Shown: positions 19,373-29,653, counted from the stretch's first letter. The stretch: DNA of 64,000 nt from Candidatus Limnocylindria bacterium (GCA_041494645.1 JBGQBD010000001.1:5361-69360), one strand, 5' to 3'. Numbers and translations are program-made. The notes: a model not told the origin generated them from the sequence alone.

Positions 19373-20578
19373 CTAGACCTCGATGATCGCCTTCACCGCC
19401 CGGACCACGCGCGGCAGGTTGGCGGCGGTGAGGCCGGCTACGTTGATGCGGCCGCGGCTCACCACGTAGATTCCGAATTCGTCGCGCAGCCGCGCAACTT
19501 GATCGGCGGAGAGGCCGAGCAGCGCGAACATTCCCCGCTGGTGGCGGATGGGATCCCAATTGCCGGGCACGCCGGCGGCCAACAACGCCTCCACCAGCGC
19601 TGCGCGGTTGCCCAGGATGCGGTTCCGCATTTCGGCCAGGTCCACCTCCCACTGCGCCCGCAGCGCCGGGTCGGTGAGGATCGTCTCGACGATGTCGCCG
19701 CCGTGGGCCGGCGGGTTCGAGTAGTTGGCGCGGATGGCGATCTTGACGTGGCTCAAGGCGGAGGCGGCCCGAGCCGAATCGGCCGCGACGATCGTGAGCG
19801 CTCCTACCCGCTCGTTGTAGAGGGCGAAGTTCTTCGAGTAGCTCGTGCATACCAGGAACTCCAGGCCGGGCCGGGCCAGGCCCTTCAGCCAGTCGGCGTC
19901 TTCGCGCAGCCCGAAGCCGAATCCCTGATAGGCGAAGTCGACCACGGGCATCAACTCGCGCTCGATGACGATCTCGGCTATGGCTGCCCAGGTTTCCTGA
20001 TCCGGATCTACGCCGCTCGGGTTGTGGCACGAGCCGTGGACCAGTACCACGTCGCCCGGCACTGCCGATCGGAGCGCGCTCAGCATTCGGCCCACGTCCA
20101 GCTGGCGGCCGGACTCGTCCAGGTACGGGTAGGCCCGCAGGGCGAACCCGGCCAGGGCGAACAGCTGCGGGTGGTTGGGCCAGGTTGGCTCGCTGAGCCA
20201 GATCGTCTTCGAGGATCCGGTCTGGAGCAAGAAGTCGGCGGCGACGCGCAACGCCCCTGTTCCGCCGGGGGTTTGGGCCGTGGCCGAACGCCCGCTCGCG
20301 ACTATCTCGTGGTCGGGCCCGAAAACCAGGTCGCGGACCGCGCTCTTGAATCCGGGCCGGCCGTCGATCGGGAGATAACCCTTCGAGCCCGCCTTCTCGA
20401 CGAGCCTCCGCTCCGCCTCGAGCACCGACGGGATGACCGGTGTCACTCCGGAGTCGTCGACGTAGACGCCAGCCGCGAGATTGACCTTCTCGGCGCGACC
20501 GTCGGCACGGAATGTCTCCGTCAGCCCGAGGATCGGATCCGATGGAGCGGCGACAAGGGAGCGGAGCGGCAGGGACAC
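19373..20578 (-). CDS. aspC: Aspartate/aromatic amino-acid aminotransferase (class I, AspC/TyrB type)
   Basis: Has N-terminal DPILGLTETFRADGRAEKVNL, the PLP lysine region SYSKNFALYNERVG, and a C-terminal GRINVAGL. The GTG start has an aagga RBS. Confidence 0.85.
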   Translation of the reverse strand: MSLPLRSLVAAPSDPILGLTETFRADGRAEKVNLAAGVYVDDSGVTPVIPSVLEAERRLVEKAGSKGYLPIDGRPGFKSAVRDLVFGPDHEIVASGRSATAQTPGGTGALRVAADFLLQTGSSKTIWLSEPTWPNHPQLFALAGFALRAYPYLDESGRQLDVGRMLSALRSAVPGDVVLVHGSCHNPSGVDPDQETWAAIAEIVIERELMPVVDFAYQGFGFGLREDADWLKGLARPGLEFLVCTSYSKNFALYNERVGALTIVAADSARAASALSHVKIAIRANYSNPPAHGGDIVETILTDPALRAQWEVDLAEMRNRILGNRAALVEALLAAGVPGNWDPIRHQRGMFALLGLSADQVARLRDEFGIYVVSRGRINVAGLTAANLPRVVRAVKAIIEV

Positions 20579-20758
20579 GAGACATTCCTTGAGGTGGAGA
20601 TGACGGGTACGCGCAAACGATAAGCGATACGCCGCGAGGTTGACGCGCGGCCGTCGTCTGGACGGCCCGGGCCGTCGAGCCGCAGCGGCGCCTAGGCTCG
20701 ATCGCTCCTGCGGCGCCTCGCGCACCCGGCCGTGAGCTGCCCCAGGGATCCGCCGCCG

Positions 20759-21127
20759 TCAGCCGCGCCCGGCCATCGTCCTGACGATGCTCCTGATCAC
20801 CAGCAGCGAGACGATCCCGGTCAGGCAGCCCAGGAAGACGGTTCGGTTCGCGTCGACGGCCGGGACCCAGGTCAGCGCGCCGTCTTTCAGCAGGTACACC
20901 CCCACCGGGGAGGCCGACCAGGCGCCGCCTCCTCCCCAGCCGCTGGGCTTGGCCTGGCTCGCCTCCGGCGGCTGGGCGGGCGGTTCGGCCTCGCCGCCGC
21001 CGAAGCCACCTCGCACGCTCGCCACCGGAATGACGGTCGCCCCATCGCGTTCGATCGGCTGGCCGAAGACCCGTTTCACGGATGCGGCTTCCGTCGCGGA
21101 ACCCACCAGATCTCGCAAGGCCATCAC
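20759..21127 (-). CDS. GerW/YtfJ-family protein
   Basis: VFGQPIERDGATVIPVASVRGGFGGGEA...GGGGAW..PVGVYLL matches the YtfJ/GerW pattern. Confidence 0.55.
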   Translation of the reverse strand: MMALRDLVGSATEAASVKRVFGQPIERDGATVIPVASVRGGFGGGEAEPPAQPPEASQAKPSGWGGGGAWSASPVGVYLLKDGALTWVPAVDANRTVFLGCLTGIVSLLVIRSIVRTMAGRG

Positions 21128-21205
21128 TCACCCTCCTTCATTCGCGCCGGGACGCATGCGGCTCGATAATGGCAGGATGGCCGCAGACGCGACAGAGAGG
21201 ATTCA

Positions 21206-22883
21206 CATGGCGGACTTCGATGACCTGGTCGAAGAGTTCCTGCGCGACGAGTTCGAGGAATCGCCGGTCAACGCGAGCGGCCTCGGCCTGACCGAGTACG
21301 ACGATCGGCTCGACGACCTCTCGGCCGAAGCATTCGACCGGAGGCGTTTCAAGGCCGCCGCGTGGCGAACCCGGTTCGCCGCCATCGCGGACGTCGGCCT
21401 GACCGCGGACCAGTGCATCGACCGCGATCTGGCCGTGGCGATGATGACGGGGCGCGAGGTCATGGCCGACTGGCTGGCCTGGCGACGCGACCCGGTCACC
21501 TACAGCGGACCCATAACCAGCGGTCTGTTCGGTCTTTTCCTCCACAGGCTGCGGCCCGAATCCGAGCTCGTGGAAGCGGCCGCGGCCCGCCTGGCCCAGG
21601 CTCCCCGGGCGCTGGAGCAAGGCCGCGCCAACCTGGACGCGAGACTCGCCCATCCGCTGATTCTGGAGCGAGGCAGGGACGCGGCCCGGGGCGCGGCGCG
21701 GTACGTCCGCGAACTGCTCCCCGGAGAGGCGGCTGCTCCGCGCGATCGGGAGAGGCTTGCGGATGCCGGCGCGGAGGCCGCCCGCGACCTCGAGTCGTGG
21801 GCCGCGCACCTGGATGAGATGGCCCGGGTCGCCACCGGCACGTGGCAGCTCGGCGAGGAGCGTTACACGCGGCTGCTCCACGACCGCGAGGCGCTGCCGT
21901 ACGACGCTCGCTCGCTGCGCGAACGCGGCCGCTCCGAGTACGAGCGCCTCGCCGCCGAGATGGCCGCGCTGTCACGGCGCGTCTGGGGCACCGACGACTG
22001 GAACTCGGTCGTGGAGCGCGCCAACGCCGACCATCCTCGGACCGAAGAAGCGATGCGCCGGGCCTACGCCGCCTGGACCGAGAAGGCCCGCGCGTTCCTC
22101 GTGGAGACGAGTCTGATCACCATTCCGGAGGGCGAGTCGTGCGAGGTTCTGCCGTCGCCGCCCTTCCAGCGCCCCCTGTTGGGAGTGGCTTCGTACCAGC
22201 AACCGCCCGCCTTCGCGCCGTCCCTGCTCGGCCACTTCTTCGTGCCCTATGCGCCGGACGGCGCCTCGGCCGCGGAGATACAGAAGCGGCTGGCGGCCAA
22301 CAGCTTCGGCCACATCCCGACCACCACGGTCCACGAAGCGTACCCAGGCCACCACTGGCATCTCGTCGTCCGCAAGGCCCGCGCCCGCCGGCTGCGCCGC
22401 GTCCTGGGCACGCCCTACTTCACCGAGGGCTGGGGCCTCTACTCGGAACGGTTGATGCGCGAGCGCGGCTTCTTCACGGAGCCGATCCAGGATCTCAACC
22501 ATCTCAAGGCGACGCTCTTCCGGGCGGCCCGGATCATCGTTGACACCAGCCTGCATCTAGGCGAGATGACCCACGACGAGGCGGTTCGGTTCATGGTCGA
22601 GAGGACTGCCACGCCCGAACCGACCGCCCGAGCCGAGGTCGGACGCTACTGCTGGTGGCCGACTCAGGCCTCTTCCTACCTGACTGGCTGCCTGGAGATC
22701 CTGCGCATTCGAGATCGGTATCTGGAATCGCGCGGCCTGCAGACCGGCTCCGCGGCGACCGCTCCGGTGGAGGTGCTGCGCGACTTCCACGATCGGCTGG
22801 CGGAGAGCGGGTCGCTGCCCCTCGGCCTGGCCGAACGGGCACTTCTGGGGCGTCAGGACTCGGTCGAGGCCACGATCTCGTAG
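21206..22883 (+). CDS. DUF885-family protein (putative Zn-dependent hydrolase fold)
   Basis: The C-terminal HEAYPGHHWHL..YFTEGWGLYSE region is the DUF885 signature. The start is ATG at 21206 within the longer ORF from 20787. Confidence 0.65.
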
Positions 22884-23623
22884 CCGAGACGGGCGCGCAG
22901 GCGACCGAGGGCCATGAGCACCGGCGTGCCGAGCGCCAGGATCGCGGCCGCGTCGCCGGCGGCACGGAAGGCATCCCAGGCCAGCGAGGTGAGGACGTAG
23001 TAGCGGCCGAACTGGGCAAGCGAGGCGCCGGGCGACATGCCGGGCACCCAGCCGACGTTCTCGACGCCGCGATAGAAGGCGACCCATCCCCAGATGTCGG
23101 TCAGGGCGCCGTAGGCGAAACCGGTCACGACGGCAACGACGACGAGGGCGGCGAGGTCGAGCTTCCGCGGCAGCCAGGTTTCGCGAACGGGCCGAATGCG
23201 CCGCACCAGCGAGCCGGCCAGACCGGCTGAGACTCCCACCCAACCGACGGCGAACGTCTCATACGGCAGCCACGGACCCACGCCGCCGGTGACGAGAGCC
23301 GAGACGAGCAGCGAGAACGAGCCCACGAGGAACCCGTACGAGGGGCCGAACTCGTAGCCGGCGGCCAGGACCAGGAAGAAGATCGGGCTGAAGCCGGCGA
23401 CGCCGTTCACCACCGCCAGACGGAGCGCGGCGTCGATAGCGGCCAGGGCGGCGAGAAGAGCCAGCCGGCCCGAGTCCAGGCGACGCGCTCCGGCCTCCAT
23501 CAGCCCCAGGGCCGCCACGGCCCCCAGCGTCACCGCCAGAGCCGGCCCTTCCGGCGGCAGGTCGCCGCCGAGAAACGGCCACAGGAACAGGAGGAGCCCG
23601 GCGCCCGAGACTACGGCGATCAT
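22853..23623 (-). CDS. ECF-transporter substrate-specific (S) component, putative cobalamin-type
   Basis: 256-aa polytopic membrane protein at the end of the EcfT-EcfAA' operon and overlapping the ATPase stop. Its role is inferred from operon position under a B12 riboswitch. Confidence 0.45.
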   Translation of the reverse strand: MIAVVSGAGLLLFLWPFLGGDLPPEGPALAVTLGAVAALGLMEAGARRLDSGRLALLAALAAIDAALRLAVVNGVAGFSPIFFLVLAAGYEFGPSYGFLVGSFSLLVSALVTGGVGPWLPYETFAVGWVGVSAGLAGSLVRRIRPVRETWLPRKLDLAALVVVAVVTGFAYGALTDIWGWVAFYRGVENVGWVPGMSPGASLAQFGRYYVLTSLAWDAFRAAGDAAAILALGTPVLMALGRLRARLGYEIVASTES

Positions 23624-25022
23624 GCGATCACGCCCGTGACGGGCCGCTCGACGGCACGGCCGTCGCGCAACTCGATCGTCCGGTCCGCCAGATCTGCGGC
23701 CAGTTCTGCGTCGTGAGTGGCGATGACCACGGCCGAGCCCAGGGCCGTGAGGTCGCGGACCGCGGCGCCGAGTGACTGCCGCGCGGCCATGTCCACCCCA
23801 CGCGTCGGCTCATCGAGGAGGACGAGCGTCGGCGACCCGGCCATCGTCGCGGCCAGGGCGGCACGCTGCCTCTCGCCGGAACTCAGGTCGCGCGGATAGC
23901 GGTCCGCCAGAGCCAGCAGCCCGAACATGGCGAGCATCCAGTCGGGCGATCCGCCGGCGCCTGTCCGTCTCAGGGTCAGCGCGACTTCCGCTCGGACCGT
24001 TGGCAGGTGGAGCAACGAGCCGGGGTTCTGCGGCAGGTACGCCGTCCGGCCGGGCGGTCGCCGCACCGTGCCCGCCAGCACGGGGAGCAGCCCGGCCAGA
24101 GTCCGGAGCAGCGTCGTCTTGCCGGAACCGTTCGGGCCCACCAGCGCCACCACCTCGCCGGCACCGCCCGTGAGAGAGACGCTCTCCAGGATCGCGTCCC
24201 GGGCCGGGCCGGCCGCGACGTCGCGCAGCTCCCAGGCGCCGTCGCCCGCGCTCTCCGGCCGTGGTCGACCCGGCCGTGGCTCGGCTGCACGGCGCGGCTC
24301 CGCGGGCCGCTGCGCGGCGGGGCGCCATCCGCCACCAGGTTCGCCCGACGAAACGCGGCCGCCTTCGACCAGCACCAGCCGATCGGCTCTCGGGAGCAGC
24401 GTCTCGAGCCTGTGCTCGGCCACGACGATGGCGCGCCCGGTGTCGGCCGCCCGGCCGCACGCGGCCAGGACGGCGGCCGCTCCCTCCGGATCGAGCTGGG
24501 ACGTTGGCTCATCCAGTGCCACGAGCTGCGGCCGCAGGGCCAGGATCGCGGCCAGCTGCACCAGCTGCCGCTCCCCGCCGGAGAGCGTCGCCAGCCGCCT
24601 CTCGCGCAACTCCCCGATGCGGAGCTCGGACAGCGCTTCGTCCACGCGGTCGTGCATCTCCTCTCGTGGCACGCCGAGGTTCTCCAGGCCGAACGCGACC
24701 TCGCGCTCCACCGAGCCGTAGACCGACTGCGTCTCGACGTCCTGGAAGACGAGGCCAACTCGAGTTGCCATTCTCGGGATCGGCGTGCGCAGAGGATCCA
24801 GTCCCGCGACCACCGCACGGCCCCAGATCCGGCCGCCGTGGAACTGCGGCACCAGGCCGTCGAAAAGCCGCAGAAGTGTCGACTTGCCGCCGCCAGAACT
24901 ACCGGCCACGACGGTAAGACCGGGCTCGATCGCCAGCTCGACCTCGCATAACGACGGAGCGGCCGCTCCGGGATAGCGGTACGAAACACCGTCGAATCGG
25001 GCGATCGCGCTCGTCACGAGGG
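23620..25022 (-). CDS. ecfA: Energy-coupling-factor transporter ATPase, fused duplicated EcfA1-EcfA2
   Basis: Has two Walker A sites (GSSGGGKST; GPNGSGKTT), two LSGGE signature motifs and two Walker B sites. The preferred start is GTG near 25020 (VTSAIARF) because the ORF otherwise overlaps ecfT. Confidence 0.8.
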
Positions 25023-25931
25023 GCCCGCCTGGTTCTTCGGCCCAGCGAATGCCGGCCGGGGAAGCGCCGGCAAGACCAGGGCCAGGCAGCCCGCGACGAG
25101 CAGGGCGTGAACCGGCGGCAGGGCGAGCGTCGGGTACGGATACCAGTCGAGGGGCGTGCCGATCAGTCGCGCGCCGACGAAGAGCGCGGCTGCCGAGAGG
25201 GCGCCGGCGACGACGACCCAATCCCAGCGATCGATGGCCGCTCCGGCATAGCTGGTGCGCCGGCCGGCACCGAACCCCCGCGCCTCCATCGCCTCGGCGA
25301 GCAGGACGGAATCCTCGATCGCCGTCAGCACCACCGGCACCAGAACTTCATTCCAAGAACGAATGCCGCGCGGCCGCCAGCCCCGCATCCGCTGCGCGTC
25401 GCGAACGGCGGTAAAGGTGCGGCCGAAACCCGAGACCAGGTTGAGCGAGGTGGCCACGGCTATCCCGGTCCGCTCAAGCGGAGAGGGCATCGCGTCGACG
25501 ACGTCGTGCGGTTCCAGCACCAGCGAGAGAGGCGCCACGGCCAGCAGCGCAGCCACGAGTCCGAGCCCCAAGGCACCCCCGAACGCCAGCGACTCCGCGG
25601 TCATGGCGCCGCCGACGAGCGGCCAGTCCGCGGGCAGCCGCAGCAGAACGTCCGCCCCGGTGTGGCTCGCGAGGACGTCGATCAGCGCGGCGAACGCCGC
25701 GGCCAGGACAACGGTCACGGCCAGCGGGCGGACGTTCCGGCCGGGCGGCAGCCATTTCAACAGGACGTTGAGCGCGACCAGCGCGACCAGGCCTCGATAG
25801 ATCGGGTTGTCGCTGACCAGGGCCACGGTGACCGCGGCTAGCGACCAGACCAGCCAGGCGCGCGGCGCCAGGCCGCGCTGCCCGGGAGGCGCGGTCGGGT
25901 CCAATTGCGGCCGGCCGGACGCAGGGGTCAC
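25014..25931 (-). CDS. ecfT: ECF transporter transmembrane (T) component, CbiQ/EcfT family
   Basis: Polytopic membrane protein with a C-terminal ARG-containing coupling-helix region (MRGWRPRGIRSWNEVL). It overlaps the upstream gene by 4 nt. Confidence 0.7.
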   Translation of the reverse strand: MTPASGRPQLDPTAPPGQRGLAPRAWLVWSLAAVTVALVSDNPIYRGLVALVALNVLLKWLPPGRNVRPLAVTVVLAAAFAALIDVLASHTGADVLLRLPADWPLVGGAMTAESLAFGGALGLGLVAALLAVAPLSLVLEPHDVVDAMPSPLERTGIAVATSLNLVSGFGRTFTAVRDAQRMRGWRPRGIRSWNEVLVPVVLTAIEDSVLLAEAMEARGFGAGRRTSYAGAAIDRWDWVVVAGALSAAALFVGARLIGTPLDWYPYPTLALPPVHALLVAGCLALVLPALPRPAFAGPKNQAGPS

Positions 25932-26743
25932 CGAGCTCCGCGCCGCGGGACGAACACCCGCAGCAGCGCCAAACCGGCGAGCCCGCCGCCGGCCACGGCG
26001 GCCGCCAGCAGCCCGAGGTCCAGGCCGGGAGCCTGACCCGGTTGCCGCGCCGGCCTCTCAGGGTTAGATGCGGTCATGGAGGACGCGGTCGAGGTGGCCG
26101 AGGCCACGGCGCCGGCAACTGCCGCAATGCCCGAATCGGCGGGCGCCACCGAGGCGACCGAGGCCGGGCTTTTGGTCGTGGCGGCATCCGATGGGGCGGC
26201 GGTCCCTCGGGCCGGCACCACCGCGACGGCCGTGGCGGCGGCGCCGGCAGTGGCGCCGGCGGTGGCCCCCGCCGCGCAGACTCCCCCGGGCAATGGCGGG
26301 GGGACCGGGTTCCCGGACGAGGGCACGTATCGGAAACCCTCGGCGTCGCCGTCGCTCAGGGTCAGCGTGGAGATGCCCGCGTTCGAGAGCTGCCACGCGC
26401 CGCCGCTCCTGACCACGAAGACGGCCCAGTAGCTGTCCTTGCCGGGACAGCTGGAATACCGGGCCGGCTCCCCGTCGATGGCGCACACGGCCTCGTCGAA
26501 GCCACCGAACATCTGGCCGGACCAGACGATGCCGGAGCCGTTCAGAAGCTGCTCCCCGGTGATTTGGCTCGCGTCGAAGGCCACGCAACGGGTCACGACG
26601 GAGCCGTCGCCATGCTCCACGACCAGGGCCGCGTGATGCAATCCGGCCGCCGCGCAGGCCGAAGCTGCCGGGGAGCCGGGCGCGAGCGAAACGACCGCCG
26701 CCAGGGACGCGGCGACCACCAGGGCCGCGATCGGGCGACGCAT
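25928..26743 (-). CDS. DUF4430-domain (transcobalamin beta-domain-like) secreted protein with C-terminal membrane anchor
   Basis: Has a signal peptide, then a VVEHGDGSVVTRCVAF...YWAVFVVRSG.AWQ..NAG..TLSDGDAEGFRYV pattern typical of DUF4430, then an Ala-rich linker and a C-terminal hydrophobic anchor. Its ATG overlaps the upstream stop. Confidence 0.55.
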   Translation of the reverse strand: MRRPIAALVVAASLAAVVSLAPGSPAASACAAAGLHHAALVVEHGDGSVVTRCVAFDASQITGEQLLNGSGIVWSGQMFGGFDEAVCAIDGEPARYSSCPGKDSYWAVFVVRSGGAWQLSNAGISTLTLSDGDAEGFRYVPSSGNPVPPPLPGGVCAAGATAGATAGAAATAVAVVPARGTAAPSDAATTKSPASVASVAPADSGIAAVAGAVASATSTASSMTASNPERPARQPGQAPGLDLGLLAAAVAGGGLAGLALLRVFVPRRGAR

Positions 26744-28206
26744 CAGCGCCCCCTCGGCCTGGCCATGAGGACCCATCCGCCGCCCGCCACGGTCAGGAGC
26801 GCCACCAGCGCGGCCATGCCGTACAGGAGCGGCGTGGGAAGCCCGCCGGACGAGCCGCCGTCGGCTGACGGAGTGAGCGCGTCTCCATGCGATGTTGCGC
26901 CGGCCACGTCGACGGTCGGCGCTTCGGTCGCGGCGGCAGCCGCAACGACGTCGGTGGCGGCCGGCGTGGCAGTCGCCGTCAGGTTCGGCGTCTCCGGGCC
27001 GCTCGTCGGGCGAGCAGTCGGGCGCGCGGTCCGTTTGAGGGTCGGTCGCGCGGTCGGTCGAGCGGTTGGCGTCGCAGTCGGGCTCGCGGCCGGCGCCGCG
27101 GTTGGCGTCGCAGTCGGGCTCGCGGCTGGCGCCGCGGTTGGGCTCGGGCTCGCGGCTGGCGCCGCGGTTGGGCTCGGGCTCGAGGCTGGCGCCGCGGTTG
27201 GGCTCGGGCTAGGGCAGACATCGGTCGGCAGACTCTGCCCGGCGGCCCAATGCACGGGCGCCGCGTACGGAGCTCGGACCAGCGCCGCCGGCACCTGGCT
27301 CGTGGTGAACGCGTTCTCCGCCATGCCCGGGTACGCATAACCGCCGTCGGTTCCCTGCCCGGCGCGAAGATGCGTCAGGACCGTGCTCGACCCCTGTGAC
27401 CATGACACCCCCTCGGGATCCTGGCCGGCCGCGATCAGAGCCTGCAGGACGATCGAATCTGAGTCCGGATCGCTCACTGGAGGCCCCCACGCCGACGCGT
27501 TCTGGTACGGGAATCCGCCGTCACCGAGCTGCTGGGAGTGGAGGTAGGCCAGCCCAGTCGAGTCGGCCGCATGATCGCCTGCCGCATCCAGGGCCATGAG
27601 CGCGATCGCGGTCGAGTTCGTGTCGCCGCCACCTGCGGCCACCGGAGCGGTGCCGTAGCTCCAGCTCCCATCCGAATCCTGAAGTGCCAACAGCTCGGCG
27701 AGCGCCGCCGCGGGCACGGTCTGCCCGGATGCCTCGAGGGCGAGGATCGCGAACGCCTGGCTGAAGGTGGAGCCGTCACCGTAGGCACCGCTCGAGGCGT
27801 GGTACAGCGCGGTCAGTCGGGCGAGCAGGTTCCGGCCCGCGAAGCCGCTGGGATCGCCGCCGGCCGCGACGACCGCCAGGATGGCCTTGCCGGTCTTCGC
27901 CGCATCGGCCGCGGCGCCGTCGGAGGCAGTGGCCAGGAAGCCAATGGCGCCGGCCCCGCCCGCGCAGCCGTGGAGAGTGGCCGGGTCGTAGCCCGCGGCG
28001 GCGGTCCCGATCACGAAGTCCGCCGTCTCGCCGAGCGACCCGTCGATCGAACCGTCTGCCCGCTGCGCGGCCAGCAGGTACTCCAGTGCGGCAGTTGCCC
28101 GCTGGGAATCGGTGACTGGGGCCGCGAAAGCCGGCGCTGCTGTAAGAACGAGCGGCAAGCTGAGGAGGGTCGCCAGTATCGCGCCGGCGACGACCGATCT
28201 TCGCAT
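26743..28206 (-). CDS. Surface protein with prenyltransferase/squalene-cyclase-like alpha-alpha toroid repeats and Pro/Thr/Ala-rich linker, membrane anchored
   Basis: Has a signal peptide and repeated QxxDGS(W/F) motifs (LLAAQRADGSIDGS, LQDSDGSWSYG, QQLGDGGFPYQ, GQGTDGGYAYPG). A PT-rich repeat linker is followed by a C-terminal TM segment. It is the first gene after the cobalamin riboswitch. Confidence 0.6.
   Translation of the reverse strand: MRRSVVAGAILATLLSLPLVLTAAPAFAAPVTDSQRATAALEYLLAAQRADGSIDGSLGETADFVIGTAAAGYDPATLHGCAGGAGAIGFLATASDGAAADAAKTGKAILAVVAAGGDPSGFAGRNLLARLTALYHASSGAYGDGSTFSQAFAILALEASGQTVPAAALAELLALQDSDGSWSYGTAPVAAGGGDTNSTAIALMALDAAGDHAADSTGLAYLHSQQLGDGGFPYQNASAWGPPVSDPDSDSIVLQALIAAGQDPEGVSWSQGSSTVLTHLRAGQGTDGGYAYPGMAENAFTTSQVPAALVRAPYAAPVHWAAGQSLPTDVCPSPSPTAAPASSPSPTAAPAASPSPTAAPAASPTATPTAAPAASPTATPTARPTARPTLKRTARPTARPTSGPETPNLTATATPAATDVVAAAAATEAPTVDVAGATSHGDALTPSADGGSSGGLPTPLLYGMAALVALLTVAGGGWVLMARPRGR
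27060..27210. repeat. Tandem 30/36-nt DNA repeats encoding the (A/T)P(S/T)-rich linker
   Basis: cgcggctggcgccgcggttgggctcgggct is present three times and a 36-nt variant twice. Confidence 0.7.
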
Positions 28207-28214
28207 TGTTCCTC

Positions 28215-28465
28215 CGGCGGCCTGGCCCGCCTGCCGGAGGGGACCTCACCGCCGGAGGCCTCCCATCCGATCCGCGCAGGTGGGTGACTTGCGCCGTTCG
28301 GTCAGGTCTCCTGGCTTGCGGATCGTCGCTGGCTGGTCGCCTTCCCGGGCCCTTGGCCCCGTGGCATCTGACCAGCCGCTCCTCGCTCACAGTTGCGCGA
28401 CAGCGCCGGGTTCTCACCGGCTTCCCTGATACGAGCGGCCCTATTCGCAATGGCATGCGGAGGGT
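28215..28465 (-). promoter_or_regulatory. Cobalamin (AdoCbl) riboswitch with RBS-sequestering expression platform
   Basis: The minus-strand sequence CAGGGAAGCCGGTGAGAACCCGGCGCTGTCGCGCAACTGTGA ... AAGCCAGGAGACCTGAC matches the conserved cobalamin riboswitch core and B12 box (rAGYCMGgAgaCCkGCc). Downstream, CCTCCGGCGG...CCGCCGGAGG can pair across the GGAGGA RBS of the 28206 start. Confidence 0.8.
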
Positions 28466-28677
28466 ACATCGCGGGGGGTCCCGGCGCCAGGCTGACTCGG
28501 AAGATCACTGCGTGTAGCCTCATGTCGACCGGCTTCTCCGGCCCGCCTCGCGCTCTCGGGTGACGCTCTCGTGCGCCGGACTCACGTTCTCGCCGGTAGG
28601 CCGGGTGAGCCGGGCCTCTGCGTGCAGTGCCACCGGCCGCGCTATCGTGCTGCCGAATTAACCCAAGGAGGAATCCG

Positions 28678-29653
28678 CGTGGCGTCAGTTCGATTTGGGC
28701 TGTTCGTACCCCAGGGCTGGATCCTCGACCTCATCGACATCAAGGATCCGATCGAACAGTACGAGACCATGAGCCGGGTGGCCCAGGCGGCCGAGCGCCT
28801 CGGCTTCGACTCGATCTGGTTGTTCGACCACTTCCACACCTACTTCAAGCCGGTGCTCGAGACGACCTTCGAGTGTTGGACCTCCACGGCGGCCCTCGCC
28901 CGCGACACGAGCAGCATCCGGCTCGGCCAGATGGTCACCTGCAACGGCTACCGGAACCCGGCCCTCATGGCGAAGATGGCATCGACCGTGGACGTCCTAA
29001 GTCACGGCCGGCTCGATTTCGGCATCGGCGCGGGCTGGTACGAGCACGAGTACCTTGCCTACGGCTACCCATACCCCGAGGTCGGCGAACGGCTGCGCAT
29101 GCTCGGCGAGGCGCTGCAGGTAATCAAGGCTATGTGGACCCAGCCACACGCATCCTTCCAGGGCCGCTACTACAGCATTTCCGGGGCCATCAACGAGCCC
29201 AAAGGCGTCCAGAAGCCGCATCCGCCGATCTGGGTCGGGGGCAGCGGCGAGAGAGTGACGCTCCGGCTCGCGGCCAGGTACGGCGATGCCACGAACTTCG
29301 GCGGCCACCTCGACGACATGAGCTGGTACGCGCACAAGCTGGACGTAATCCGGGCCCACTGTGAGGAACTCGGGCGCGATCCCGACACGTTGATTAGGTC
29401 CACCAACGTCGAGACCAGCCTCCTCCGGCCCGGCGACGACCCCGACGCCCTCACCAGGCGCTACCGGCGAGACGAGACCCTCGAGGAGTACAAGACGCAC
29501 GCGGTTGTAGGCGGCCCGCAGGAGATCATCGACACCTACGGCCGGCTCATCGACGCGGGTATGAACTACATCGTCGTCTCAGACCTGCCGGGTCTGGCCC
29601 ACCTGGACATCCTCGAGTACCTGGGCGCGGAGGTTCTGCCGGCCTTCCGCTGA
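28678..29653 (+). CDS. LLM-class (luciferase-like) F420-dependent oxidoreductase
   Basis: Luciferase-like monooxygenase fold (FGLFVPQG..., DSIWLFDHF, GIGAGW). The start is GTG with an aaggagg RBS. Confidence 0.7.

Noticed and set aside
19311-21131. 606-aa minus-strand ORF overlapping the aminotransferase and gerW-like genes in another frame
   Set aside because: Composition is dominated by Arg/Pro/Gly. It is the same strand but a different frame from recognisable AspC and GerW proteins.
26990-27210. Possible CRISPR-like or mobile repeat array
   Set aside because: The repeats are contiguous, in frame, and encode a Pro/Thr/Ala linker inside a CDS, with no spacers, so this is a protein-coding tandem repeat.
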